Assembly: GCA_964016885.1 (NCBI GenBank)
Contig: CAXHJY010000899.1
Location: forward strand, 62,001-126,000
Length of the DNA stretch: 64,000 bases
Direction of reading: 5' to 3'
Source: Eledone cirrhosa
Lineage: Eukaryota
The translations under genes and the position numbers were made by a program. Of the stretch, positions 50,173 through 62,732 are shown in pieces. How positions within the stretch are numbered: the first letter of the stretch is position 1; the number at the start of each line of letters is the position of its first letter. The notes below the pieces were generated by a model. That model worked only from the letters and a program-made list of their open reading frames with translations. It had not been told where the DNA came from and did no database searches.

Positions 50173-51050
50173 CTAAAGGACTTTTGTTTTCTCACACTAA
50201 AGAAAATCCTTTCAAAACATAATTTTTTTTCCGCAAGCTAACATACTCTGGTTATCTTTCATTCTAATTTTGTATTTTTCTATCTATAAAACTTTCAAAC
50301 AAATGAGGGTACTAGAGCATAATCACTTAACCCCATAACGGATATCATTAACAATTCTTGATGCTTCAAATACAATATTGTTATGGAGGAAGGGAAGAGA
50401 AACAAAACAACAAAATAGAAAGTTTTGAAGAGCTCTAAGAATTCTTGACATTTTAACATTATTACATGCAAGCAATTATAATATCTAGCACTCGTCGCAG
50501 AATTATTGACATTTGAATAATTTATAATACATGGTAGAAAATTTCATTCTTTACATCAAACATACTCTTTACTCTTAAAATAATAATTTAGACATTATAG
50601 CGTTAAACAGTCCCATATTATTTAAAATAGGATTATTGTGTTAGTGGTTAGAGAGTTGGATTCACAATTGTTAGGTTGTAAGTTAAATTTCTGGGCCAGG
50701 TGATGCATTCTGTCCTTGAGCAAGAGATTTTATTTCAGATTGCTTCTTTTTCCAGGAGTTGCGACCAGTAGATAGTATCTGCAATTTGAAAAACTAATGG
50801 AAACATTGTTTCCTTGGTCCGAATAAGGTTAGCGATCTTTTCGATTCAGACTATATTGTCTTCAATTGAATCTTAGATATATCCACAATAAAAAAACAGG
50901 TTGACCACTGCTAGATTGCCAATCAAATAAATAGTCAAAAAGCTATTTCTGTGCCTGTGAGATAAAAACACTAGATAAACTATTGTAGATCTTACTATTG
51001 TCACTATAACGTATCTCTGAGCAAGCTACCTAAATTTGAAAGCTCTAGTT

Positions 51051-51316
51051 CAGCAGTCGCCAACCAGTGGTCCGAGAGAAAATTTGGACATTATTTGCAA
51101 TTTTTATGTTTTATTAATATTAAAACAAAAATAATATTTGGTTAAAATATATTTTATAACCCCCCTAAAAAATGTTTTAATAGGTGCATTTCATATTAAT
51201 AAAATGGAAGTTCTCTGATCATTATTTTAGAAATGTATTTTTTTTTTAAATTCATCCCCGGGATTTAAAATTATGAATTTAGTGGTCCATGAGGTCTGAA
51301 AGGTTGGCGACCAGTG
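51051..51316. mobile_element. hAT-Charlie-like MITE
   Basis: cagcagtcgccaacc ... ggttggcgaccagtg; 8-bp TSD ctctagtt / ttctagtt. Confidence 0.85.
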
Positions 51317-51773
51317 TTCTAGTTTGCATGTCTGAATAAAAAGAAAAAAAAAAACAAATGAAAAAACAAGTGGGTCAACCAAAACTAGGTTGTGGTCTTT
51401 TCATCAGCAAAAATCAGTTCCATAAAGGGTCACTAAATAGAAGGATTACAGAACCCTAAGAAGCAAATTCTATTAGTTCTGGCAAAAACATTAGAATTAA
51501 CTGTTATCAATACAGAAACTTATTCTAAAAGGTTCCAATCACACTTCATATTTAAGGGTTAGCAATAGGAAGGATATCCAGCTGTAAAAACAATTATTCT
51601 AGCAAAGAAACCCATGCAAATAGATGAAAAAATATCTCAAAAGAAAAAAAAAGAAGTCTGTTAAACTGTAGTTGACCAGTGTCAATGAACTCAACAGTAA
51701 CAAAAACATTTGCTCTGTGAGCTCTATAAGGTTGATATGGTAATTGCTGTATCTCATTTAAACCTTGTAAATA

Positions 51774-51882
51774 ATCCCACCGAGGTTAACTTTGCCTTTC
51801 ATCCTTACGGGGTCGATAAAATAAAGTACCAGTAATGCACTGGGTAATTGCTGGCCTTGTGCCAAAAGTAGAAACAATTATT
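51774..51882 (+). mobile_element. 5'-truncated SINE S2
   Basis: aatcccaccgaggttaactttgcctttcatccttacggggtcgataaaataaagtaccag...gtagaaacaattattt. Confidence 0.9.
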
Positions 51883-52689
51883 TACAGATAATCCCACCTG
51901 CAGATATTTAATAGAATATTTAAATACTCAACAAAAGAAGCAAAGTGAATATTTTCAAGCCTTCCCCAAAACACACTCATTAGACTTCAGTAATACATAA
52001 AATGATTAAAAAATATATTTTTTTAAATAGGCAAAATACAGAAAGAAATTAACTGATCTTCTTTCTCTCTTTTCCATATGACCTTAGGCATAGACACATA
52101 CATTAACCTACTTGCTCAGTCCATCTAATTGTTTATCTTCTGCAGCTGTTAAAGATAAAAAAAACATTTTGCACCACTGAGTTACAACTGACCTAAAACA
52201 CACATATACAAAGCTGGTCACTGATAAAGCACATTAGATACTACTAATGTATAGCTGTGTGTGATTGTGTAGAATAAAGGACACCGGGCTGTAAACCATT
52301 GTCCCAAAAAATCTTATAAATATCTATATCTTTTCAAATTATTCATTCTTATGTTATCAGAAGAGAAGAGGTACAAAAAGTGTTAAAAGGAAAGGCTTTT
52401 TTATCAGACTGGGGCTCATGTCATTTTCATTGGTGTTAAGCAACTGAAAGTTCAAGAATCTTCCCTGAACAGGACACCAGCCAACCACAAGATTAACCCC
52501 CTGCTGCTGGGACTTATTTTCAGTTGACTGGACTGAAGCAATATAAAATGCTATGTCATACTCAAGAACACATGACATTGAGTCACGGAATCAAGCTCAC
52601 AACATTAGGAACATGAGCTTAACACCCTTACAACTAGGATGAGTATCTTCACCACCATTGGGATAGTGCTGTGTCTTATTTACATAACT

Positions 52690-53055
52690 ATTTAGCCTAT
52701 GGCTCACAGACATGCTGTCTCTCCTTTTCTACCATTATCACAGTGGCCTCTACTACATGAAGGTGGCTGTTCTCAAGTCACCTCCACTTAGACTCACTTT
52801 TCTCTCCATCTTGTGTCCCTCATTTACCCATCAAACCCAAAGGCCTGCACTAACCACTTTCTCCCAATCCTCCAATCCTTTCTCCTTGGAATATCATCCC
52901 TCTGGAATTCCCTCTTAGTTCATATTTTCCCTGTAGTCATTAATTTGCAGTTGTTCAAGAAAAACATTAACCATGTTGATATCACCAGTTTCGAAGGGTG
53001 TGTAGTGGCCATGGGGTCAACCCATTCTTCCAGATCTAATCCTTAAAAAAAAAAA
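52690..53055 (+). mobile_element. 3' end of a CR1/Jockey-group LINE with A-rich tail; a more decayed relative at ~53640-53810
   Basis: LSLLFYHYHSG ... SSLWNSL..HIFP..INLQLFKKNIN resembles the CR1-group C-terminal 'LWNSLP..VFP....L..FK' motif. Confidence 0.65.
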
Positions 53056-56000
53056 GAATTTAAATAATGCTGCCGCTATATAGCCAAGACTACATTCAAA
53101 AGATGGCCATTAAACTGATTAGAAAAGACTCATTCACCAACAAACTACCTCTAGCTCACAGAATATATATGGTTTCTTCTCTCTGCCCCTTCTACTGCAA
53201 CTACAATGACCTCTGCCCTTCTAAACTGGCAAGCTAGTGGCAGACAGTTGCTATAGCATAGGAAAAAATACTTTACAGTATTTCTTCTATCTCCGCATTT
53301 CGAGTTCAAATTCCACAGAGATCAACTTCACCTTTCATCCCCTTGTGGTTGATAAAATAAAGTACAAGTTTCAGGTGGAATTGTTAGGGTGTTGGTTGAG
53401 ATGCTTTGTGGTATTTGTTGCAGTTCTTTGCATTTGGAATTGTTGGGCAGTAGACTTAATCCATCACTGAGTTTAATACCACCACCTGGTCCTTAGGTGG
53501 CTTTAGTGGCGGTCACTATGTTGCAAGCAGGTCAGGTCCCCTCTCTTCCACACACCAATTTTTAAGGCCCTGGAGAACAAAGGATCATGAATATTGGCCA
53601 TCCCTCTCTGACTATGTAAATAACAAACCCTATTATACCTGTCACTTCCACTCCACCCTATTCCCCCTGTATCTTACAAGACCCTAAACAAATCTCTTTA
53701 CATAATTACTTTCCCTCAGCGTTACATCATTCCGGAATTCTGTTACTGGCAGCATTTCTTTTTTCAATAGGTGTCAACCTACACAAGTTCAAACTAAACA
53801 ACATCAATCCTGCCAGTCTGATGGAACCTCAAAGCCTATTTCATCACACTATGACTGCTTTCCATACTGGTGTGGGTTGGATGGGTTATCACATCCAAGT
53901 CACCTCTTATTCGGAATGATTTCCCTCCCAAATAGGTTGGAGAACCATGTTTTACTCATATATTCCACTTTTAGCATGGTTTTCATGACTGGATACTTTT
54001 CCAAATATCATTTGCTTTCACTACATGATTTAAAAAAAAACATTTTTGCAACTACACTTTATTATTTTCCTTTTAGAGATTACACATTCCATGATATTCC
54101 TCTGATATTTTCTATAGTATGATGTTAAAGCAAAATGTTCCAATCAATTTCATCCATATCACAATTTCACATCTGAGGCTGTTGTCAATTTCATATTAAG
54201 GCAATCTAGACCATATATCTCTATCTTTCTGATTAATTGTGCATTCTGGATATTGGTGTTCTTAAAACCCTTGTTTCGATTTTTTTTTTCCTTTTCCTTT
54301 TCCTTTTCCAATTTTAATATTTGTGATTCAACCTTGAAATTAAGCATATTGAAACCACTTCTCAACAGAATTAATTTTTTAAAATTCTACATTGAAATTA
54401 ATGATTATTTTCAAAAATATTTAGAGAGAATTTGCTGTGTAAAATTGAATAGATTGATCCTCAGATCAGGAAAGTAATTTTCAGATTTTGTCAGAATAAT
54501 CTTCAAACCTAATATGTGGAGATAGTATAAAATTTCAGCATTGTTATTATTTTTCTTTGTTATTTTATTAGTTAAGGCACAAAAGATGTTCTAAGAGTTA
54601 AAGAAAACAACACAATTGTTCATTCCTTTGATAAAGTAGGAAAAGTGAAATGTACTTTCAAGAAAAAGACAGAAACAGAATAATTTAGAATAATTTATTA
54701 ATTTTTATTTTTCTCTACAAGAGGGAAAATTATATACAGTGAATGGATGAGAAGAAAACAGAAGAAAGAAGGAAAGAAGGAAAGAAGGAAAGAAAGAAAA
54801 GAGGAATATTTATGAAGGGCATGAACAGAATAGAAAGCTTTAGAATAAAATGCTAACATAGAAATTAAAGAAATTATATTGATATGAATATTCTTGGTGA
54901 CATTTTGCCCACTGTAATAGATTGGACTGATATATCATATTAAAGTAATTCTTTATAATGACTGCAATGATCGATATAATTCCATTTTGTATTAAAGTAT
55001 AACATCTATTTTTATTAAATTCATTGCAAAAATATTTGAAGGTTATAAAACTTTAGCTTAAGCATAACAATCAACCCAGTAAATAAGAGGAAGATATTGC
55101 AAACTTCCATTACCCTAATTTCATAAGTCTTGAAAGGGTTATTGCTAAGCATCCACTAATTCAATGGTTCATCAATTTTATATAACCTGACAGAAACTAA
55201 AAATGAATTAGAATTATTTGTAAAATCTAGAAAAAGTAGGTTGTTTTCAGGATAGAACAAAATTGATTAGATTGCAGCATTATTCATATACTGGAGAGTA
55301 TATTAATGTAGAATCTGCAGGAAAAAAAAAAATGAATATAGTTCGTTCTTTGAGGGAGACATTTCTTAGATAGAGTAGTTAAACTACACTTTGTGGTGTT
55401 GCCTGTAGAAGAAAGCAAACAAAGAATAATGTCAGTGGAGTTCTCTCCATCAGACAAAAGAGTCTGGGCACCATCAGGTCAACTTCTGATGTAATGAGTT
55501 GAATTTGATAATGAATAGGTAAAAGACAAACAGCCCATGTCCATGGAGAGATAGCTGAACTGAAAGGGCTGGAAGGAGGACTCTGCAGATGTTTTAAAGA
55601 AAGAGAAAAGTAGAAAAGAAAGAAAAAAGCAATAGCGGATGAAAAGGACTAAAATGAGTTATTTACGTGTCACTTGTTCGTTTTCGTTTTGTATGCTTGT
55701 ATTTCAACCAGATTAAAAGCAAATCTATAAAATGAATATTGAATTTAAAACAATATCTTCCATAAAATTTCATTTTACTTTAACCAAAATTAAAAAGAAA
55801 ATATTACTTTTCTTCTCTCCTCTCTTTCTCTCTTTAACACAAAATACACACTGGAGATTAAATTTTTATTTAATATAAGATAGTATTCTCCCCATTTCTT
55901 TCTCACTCCCTCTCTCTCAGAGACACACACACAAATATACTACATACATATGTACAAAGCAAGCTTTAGCAGAACGTTTCTATTTACAGTAAAATATAAA

Positions 56001-56306
56001 ATGCTACAATCCAAATTAATCTTTCACATCTTTAAAAAATTGCAATATTTGAATAGGAACAATTTTGCTCATGAAAAATGGAATTTGATATGAAAATATA
56101 ACATTTTCTGATAAAGGAATTGACAACAGAAGATACTTTTTTTTAAATATCTCCTCGGTTTTTAATACATTCTTGTGAATTAAATGTGCATGCATGCACA
56201 CTAAACTAGAGCAATTACTTATGGCACATTAGAAAAGATAAACATATTGTTTACTTTTCTGATAGCGAAAAAAAATTAAACGTATGGGCAGACTGAAGTA
56301 TTGGGA

Positions 56307-56384
56307 AACTAAACATTACAATGAAACTAATATATATATATATATATATATATTACATATAGTTTCATTGTGTAATGTTTAGTT
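56307..56384. repeat. fold-back inverted repeat around (TA)n
   Basis: aactaaacattacaatgaaacta ... tagtttcattgtgtaatgtttagtt. Confidence 0.9.
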
Positions 56385-56477
56385 ATATATATATATATAT
56401 TTATATATAATGAATATGAAGACAATTTTTCCATGATTCACCTTATGTAATCCACTGTTATACGTATTTCCATAGTG

Positions 56478-56510
<33 letters not shown>

Positions 56511-56516
<6 letters not shown>

Positions 56517-57781
56517 CAAAAGGACTTAAAATTAACCTGGCTAAGACTAAAGTTCTAGTTTGTAGGAAAGAAAATAAGGCGGCGGTCCCTTCTGGGAAAT
56601 GGTCGTGCTCGGTGTGTAGGAAAGGCGTAGGTAGAAACTCCATTTTATGTCCTAAATGCAAAGTATGGGTGCATAAAAGATGTAGTGGGATCACAGGTAA
56701 GCTAACTAAGAACATAGATTTTACATGTGGCCGGTGCTCTGGTGCAATAAGTAGCAGCAAGTGCCCACGAAATACTAGCTCTTTCAATTGCGCAGAGGGT
56801 TCTATAGAAATAGTGGACAGCTTCCGTTACCTGGGCGATAAAATCAGCAGTGGGGGAGGGTGCTCTGAAAGTACAGTAGCTAGAGTCAGAACTGGTTGGA
56901 AAAAGTTCAGAGAGCTTATACCACTATTAGCTGCTAAAGGGTTCTCCCTAAAAATGAAAGGCAGGTTGTACGATGCCTGCATACGAACAGCAATGTTGCA
57001 TGGCAGTGAGACCTGGGCATTGTGTGCAGAGGATATACGCAGACTAGAGAGGAACGAAGCTTGCATGCTCCGCTGGATGTGTAACAGTAATATACGTGAA
57101 CGGCAAAGCATAAACGAACTAAGGAAAAAATTAGAAATAAGAGGGATCAGATGTTGTTTACTCGAGAGAAGGCTACGTTGGTATGGACACATGATGCGCA
57201 TGAAAGTCGATAGCTGTATAACAAAGTGCAGGGCAATAAAGATAGACGGTAGCCACGGAATAGGCAGACCTAGAAAAACCTGGGACGAGCTGATAAACTC
57301 CGACCTCACACGCTTACACCTCTCCAAGACAATGTCACTGGACCGAGACCTTTGGCGGTACTCAGTAACAGAGAAGACCCGCCTTACCTAAATACAAAGT
57401 AAAACCTACTACAGCCAGTAGGCATCTCTAACAAAATACACCCCGTCCCACCACCACCACCCCCACCACACCACCCCGTTCTATGTAAAGTTATGTTGGT
57501 GCCGCACCATCCAGGCTGAAACAAATGAGATCGTGTAGGTGTCACGACAAAAAAACACACAGTCCACGCTGTAAGGTGGCCGTGTAGGCAACACGGTAAA
57601 AACCTCCCAGACCCACACTGTAAATGTGGTTGGTGTTAGGAAGGGCATCCAACTGTAGAAAACCTGCCAGACAGTCCTATGCGAGCAAGACAATCACTCT
57701 TGCCTCAAGTGGGACTACCCCCGTCCAAACCCATGCAAGCGTGGAACACGGACGTTAAACGTTGATGATGATGATGATGAT
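56511..57781 (+). mobile_element. 5'-truncated RTE LINE, subfamily B, with intact frame (PHD + C-terminus) and complete 3' UTR
   Basis: ORF 56612-57391; ends ccatgcaagcgtggaacacggacgttaaacg(TGA)n; 5' junction in (TA)n. Confidence 0.97.
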
Positions 57782-58287
57782 ATGATCAACTTCCACCCTA
57801 CAACCATCATGTAACTATAATTGTCTCTCCCTCTCCACACGCCATCCTATCAGCTCCGCCCCCATCACTCATATTCATAATCCCTCATTTAACTTCTTAG
57901 CCACCACTCCCCTTCAAACTCTTGAGCACTTTTGCCCTGAAAGAATGGCACTGACATAAACTTTGTCATGTAGAGGCAAGGCAACCACTCTAGAATTGAC
58001 AAATCCACCCAATACTCTCTGACAAGTGGTCACCAATTAAATAGAGAAACCATAGGGTGGGAAAAGCTCTTTAGTTTTGTCGAGGATGTGATGTTAGGAA
58101 GGGCAACCTGCTATAAAACCCATGCCAAAAATTGTAACATACATGTAAGACATGCCCCACCCTCTTGCAGCCCATCCAGGAAGGCAGTAGTTCTGAATAA
58201 GAATTGGCTTGGACTGTGACAACCCAACTAGCCCATTCTAGATTGCAAAGCAAATATAAAATAGTGATTATATATATATATATATAT

Positions 58288-58627
58288 ATCATCATCATCA
58301 TCATTTTACGTCCGCTTTTTCCCTGCTTGCAAGGGTGGGACGGGAACTGATTCTGGCTTGATTTCTACAGCTGGATGCCCTTCCTAACACCAACCTCATT
58401 TACAGTGAGTGGTGGGTGTTTTTTTGCCGTGGCACCTACACGACCACTTTGCAGTGGAATGATAGGGACCCCAGTCTCTATCATCTCATTTCTACAGCTG
58501 AGTAAACTGGAGCAATGTGAAATAAAGTGTCTTGCTCAAGGAAACAACACATCACCCGGTCTGAGAATTGAACTCACAACCTTTCGATTGCAAGGCCAAT
58601 GCTCTAACCACTAAGCCATGTGCCTCC
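58288..58627 (-). mobile_element. full-length SINE S1 inserted in (TA)n
   Basis: Reverse complement of 30570-30914. Confidence 0.93.
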
Positions 58628-59581
58628 ATATATATATACTCTATATATTCAGTATATTTCTCAAATTAAGATCAAATCGACTACATCTCAATAAAAGATT
58701 CAATACACTGTACATGTAAAGTATATATTCTTTTATTTAAGAAATGTGACCTAACAGGAATGTAACTGTTTTAATACATAAGTGTGACTTTTGAATAAGA
58801 TACAATTATGCATTGAAACAATTGCGTTCTTGTAAGTTCATACATCATAAATAAAACACACACACACACATATATATATCATAATAATAATATATTTAAT
58901 ATACATGTACACACACACACAGATATATATATATATATATTTACTATATAAAATTAATTGTTTCTACTTTTTTGGCACAAGGCCAGCAGAAGACTGCTGT
59001 TATAAATTCAACGGTCTCTGGCCAGCATCTAGCCCACTCAATGAGTTTGCCGAATTGCACTAATGGAGTTACAATCAGCAGATGCATATATATATATTAT
59101 AATGAATATATGCATATGGTTTGCTTTTTGCATATTAACTATAAAATATCTGAATAAAAGCAGCGATATAACTCCTTGAGATGGAAAATAGGGGACAGAA
59201 TTACATGCGGGAATACTGCTTTCCAGTGTATGGTAGAAGTGTGGGTTGTTTCCTCCAGGCAACTCTGTCCACTTTTTTCCATCTGAAGGGGTTATGTCCC
59301 CACTTCCATTAAACTATTTTATAGTTAATATGAGTAGCCTTTACAAAAAGCAAAACATTCATATTTCAATCTTACTGTGCACTCCTTAAGCAGCTCATTG
59401 TTTACATTATAATAAATATATATTTACTCTATATTTGCATACATACATTATAATATTAAATATCCATGCTAGCGTGGAAAAATGTACATTAAACGATGAC
59501 GATAATGTGTATAATCATCATTTAATGTCTGTTTTCCTTGTTCGCAAGGGTTTGGACGGGCCTCTCTCTCTTGTGCGTCTA

Positions 59582-59618
<37 letters not shown>

Positions 59619-59846
59619 TTGTGTATAGTGGTAGCTATGGTGCTTCCATAGGCGGTATGCCAAAATTAGCACTCGATATTCATCAGAGTAGAGTGTAGAT
59701 ATTATCAAGAAAACGAAAAATCAGTGATGCATCTGGACTTAGTTTATTTCGTGTTACAAATGTTTTGTCGGCATGTAGCTCGAGTCATGGTCCTTGTATG
59801 GATCTGGCTGATTCTACTTCTGCGGGTTCTTTCAGACACGGGTGTT

Positions 59847-59890
59847 ATGTCCGGAGCAAATTTTATCACTGATAAAATTTGCTCCGGACA

Positions 59891-59891
<1 letters not shown>
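59847..59891. repeat. perfect palindrome, 22-bp arms, 1-nt loop
   Basis: atgtccggagcaaattttatca-c-tgataaaatttgctccggacat. Confidence 0.95.
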
Positions 59892-59922
<31 letters not shown>

Positions 59923-60644
59923 GTATGTACACACGAATAACCAATGTATTGAGTGAGGCATCACCTGCTGAGGACATGCAATTGCCCAATTGCGTAATAT
60001 CTGCTGATAATAAGCAATTTTCTGCACACTTTTCTGCAGTTTTAATAGCTGTTGTTATCATTTTACCATTTTTTTCAATTTACAGAGAAATATGTAAATT
60101 TTGATATGTTTACATGTCCATATAATCAATGTGTAAATTTATAATCAATGTGTAAATTTATATGTGCATTTTAGCAGTCCCAGTAACCTCTGTATTATAT
60201 ATACATATATAATTATATATACTTCTTTTTTCAACCTCTAATGTCACTTTTTCTAATTTAGCCTCAATAAGCAATGTGTTGCAAATGTATATATAGTAGA
60301 AAGTGATACAAAATCTGAATTGTACAAAAAGAAATCTATATACCTATAAATTATCAATTGAAATGTAAAAACGAAATGCTATCTTATTTACCACTAAACT
60401 AGGAAACCAAGTGGTGGGCACAGTACAGCAATGTTAGCAAAATGCCAGTCCTTGATCCAGAATTGTAACCATTTTAGCTTATAATTGATGTCAATTTATG
60501 CTTGACTAAAGGGCAAAAATGTCAACGGCCTACAAACAGCTAAATAACATTCATGTCATATGTCTCCCTGTGATCTGGTTTTAAATTAACATTGTGTGAT
60601 TTGATATAATACCTATGATGTATGTTAATGTGATGTAGTAAATA

Positions 60645-60951
60645 TGTTGTATGTTATGTTGGAGGAACCCCTCCCTGGTTGGCCTGCACCACTTTCTGTT
60701 TGGTTTTGGTCATGTCTCATGGGTGTAGCTGTAATCACCACACTTGGCCAATTGCAGGTTGATAGGGCTATTTAACCCATAGTTGGGGTGGATGGGCGTT
60801 GACTCTGAGGAGTTCAGCCACCCTATTAACAGCTCTTGTTTTTTGTGCTGCTGAAGTTCTACTTAGCATCCTCACACAACCAAGGTCTGGTGTTAAATGA
60901 TACCAGTAGCAGGCAGAGGCCTGACCTGACTACAGATATAATATAGCAACA
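60645..60951. mobile_element. possible solo LTR
   Basis: TGTTGtatgttat ... ataatatagCAACA ends, GC-richer interior with a TATA-like ctatttaa, flanks aata/cata. Confidence 0.4.
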
Positions 60952-61124
60952 CATATATTCAAAGCTAGATTTAAGCAACCAGGAGGCCTGGGCTTGAGAA
61001 GATACCTGCTGACCTCAAAAACAGAAATTACACCCAATAAAAAAAAAAATGCATTTAATAGCAATTATATTCTAGATTTTTAACAAAAATGTCATGTTTC
61101 AAAGCTATATTTTAATTAATATAT

Positions 61125-61350
61125 ATAGGGCTGGGGTCCCTATCATTCCACTGCAAAGTGGTCGTGGAGGTGCCCTGGCAAAAAAACACCCAGCACTCAC
61201 TGTAAATGAGGTTGGTGTTAGGAAGGGCATCCAGCTGTAGAAATCAAGCCAGAATCCGTTCCCGTCCCACCCTTGCAAGCAGGGAAAAAGCGGACGTACA
61301 ATGAAATGAAAAATGAAAATGAAAAAATAATCATGATGATGATGATGATC
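61125..61350 (+). mobile_element. 5'-truncated SINE S1, abutting an opposite-strand RTE-type tail (61355-61550)
   Basis: Starts within the internal hairpin (ataggg-ctggggtccctatcatt). Confidence 0.88.
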
Positions 61351-61795
61351 AGCAGCATCATCTCCGTTATAAATTCTATTGTCCATGCTTGCATGAGTGA
61401 GACAGACTGTCACATTATGAGACTAAACATGTTAAGTGACCATGTCTTCCTCATACAATTCCTTTTTGGCTTGGTTTTCTATGGCTGGATGCCCTTCCTC
61501 ATTCCAACCATCTTACAGTAGAGTAGGTGCTTTTTGTTGTGTCACCAGCACAATCAATATATATAAAATGGAATATTTATTTAAAATGGGATGGGTACTC
61601 CTCGATTATGAGGACCTTGGCTGCTGCCTTCTTAGAACTACATGACATGATATAGTACATGTACTACATGATATAATAAAGTACATACTCTAAGTCGTAT
61701 AATACACAATTTAGTACATATATATGCTGCAATACAATACACATGTCACATGATGTAACATATTGCCACCAATGATATATGATGTAAGAAATAAT

Positions 61796-61981
61796 TGTTT
61801 CTACTTTAGGCACAAGGCCAGCAATTACCCCAGTGCATTATTGGTGCTTTATTTTATCGACCCCATAAGGATGAAAGGCAAAGCTAACCTTGGCGGGATT
61901 TGAACTCAGAATGTAAAGAGACATCACTATGTTGCAAAGCATGGTGTCTGACGCTCTACCGATACTGCCAATCCACTGCCC
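61796..61981 (-). mobile_element. full-length SINE S2 with 15-bp TSD
   Basis: GATGTAAGAAATAAT at 61781-61795 and 61982-61996. A box tggcagtatcgg and B box gagttcaaatcc are widely spaced. Confidence 0.95.
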
Positions 61982-62489
61982 GATGTAAGAAATAATACAT
62001 TTTAAAAACAGGGAATACTATAATAGATCAATTTCTTCAAGTATTACAGGTACCTATTTTATCCTATATGGAGAGATGGTAATGAATGAGTACACCAGAG
62101 GAATTTTTAAAAATGCATGGAACTAAGATGCTAATTAATAATCAGTCTGGGTTATCTTTGTAATCTATGTTTTAAATCAATTGACAAGATCCCAGACCTC
62201 ATTCGCTTACTGAGTGGGTGGACCTCACCAAATCAAACCAAGGATACATTGCTGCTACTATCTACCGGTCGCAACTCCTGGTAAGAAGAGAAACGAAGTA
62301 AAAGTGTCTTGCTCAAGGACATAACTCATTGCCTGGTCCAGAAATAAAATTCACAATTTCACGATTGTGAATCCAATTTTCTAGCCAGTAAGCCATGGCC
62401 CTTTACCATGTTCTTACTTCTTAAAACTGATATGTAGTATTCTTTTTCCACATTTAATTATTTTTATATAACTTTTTACTGCTCCCTCA

Positions 62490-62732
62490 TTAAGCCTTTC
62501 ATTACCATAACTCTAATGAAATATACTGTTTTAATTAAGTTAGAAGAATTTGAAGAGATTTAGCAAAATAATTAACTTCTTTTATTATTAATCTAGTGTC
62601 TGGAATCTAACTTAATAAAAAGGTTCTTACATAAATTTAAGATGAAAGGGTTTAATTCAAACATATTAAAATAGACAGGCTTCTACATAGAACCTGGGGA
62701 CAGTCTCAAATAAGTTGGTATCAAAATTCTTA
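62490..62732. mobile_element. piggyBac-like MITE PB2, reverse orientation
   Basis: TTAAgcctttcattacc ... ttggtatcaaaattcTTAg. Confidence 0.55.

Noticed and set aside
50752-50912. Possible further hAT MITE interrupting a SINE head
   Set aside because: TIRs too degenerate and no clear TSD.
55300-55435. Two strong minus-strand acceptors (ttcttctacag, tttcctgcag)
   Set aside because: No convincing donor or reading frame; cannot support an exon from sequence alone.
59724-60104. 126-aa ORF
   Set aside because: Runs through a palindrome and (TA)n; no coding signature.
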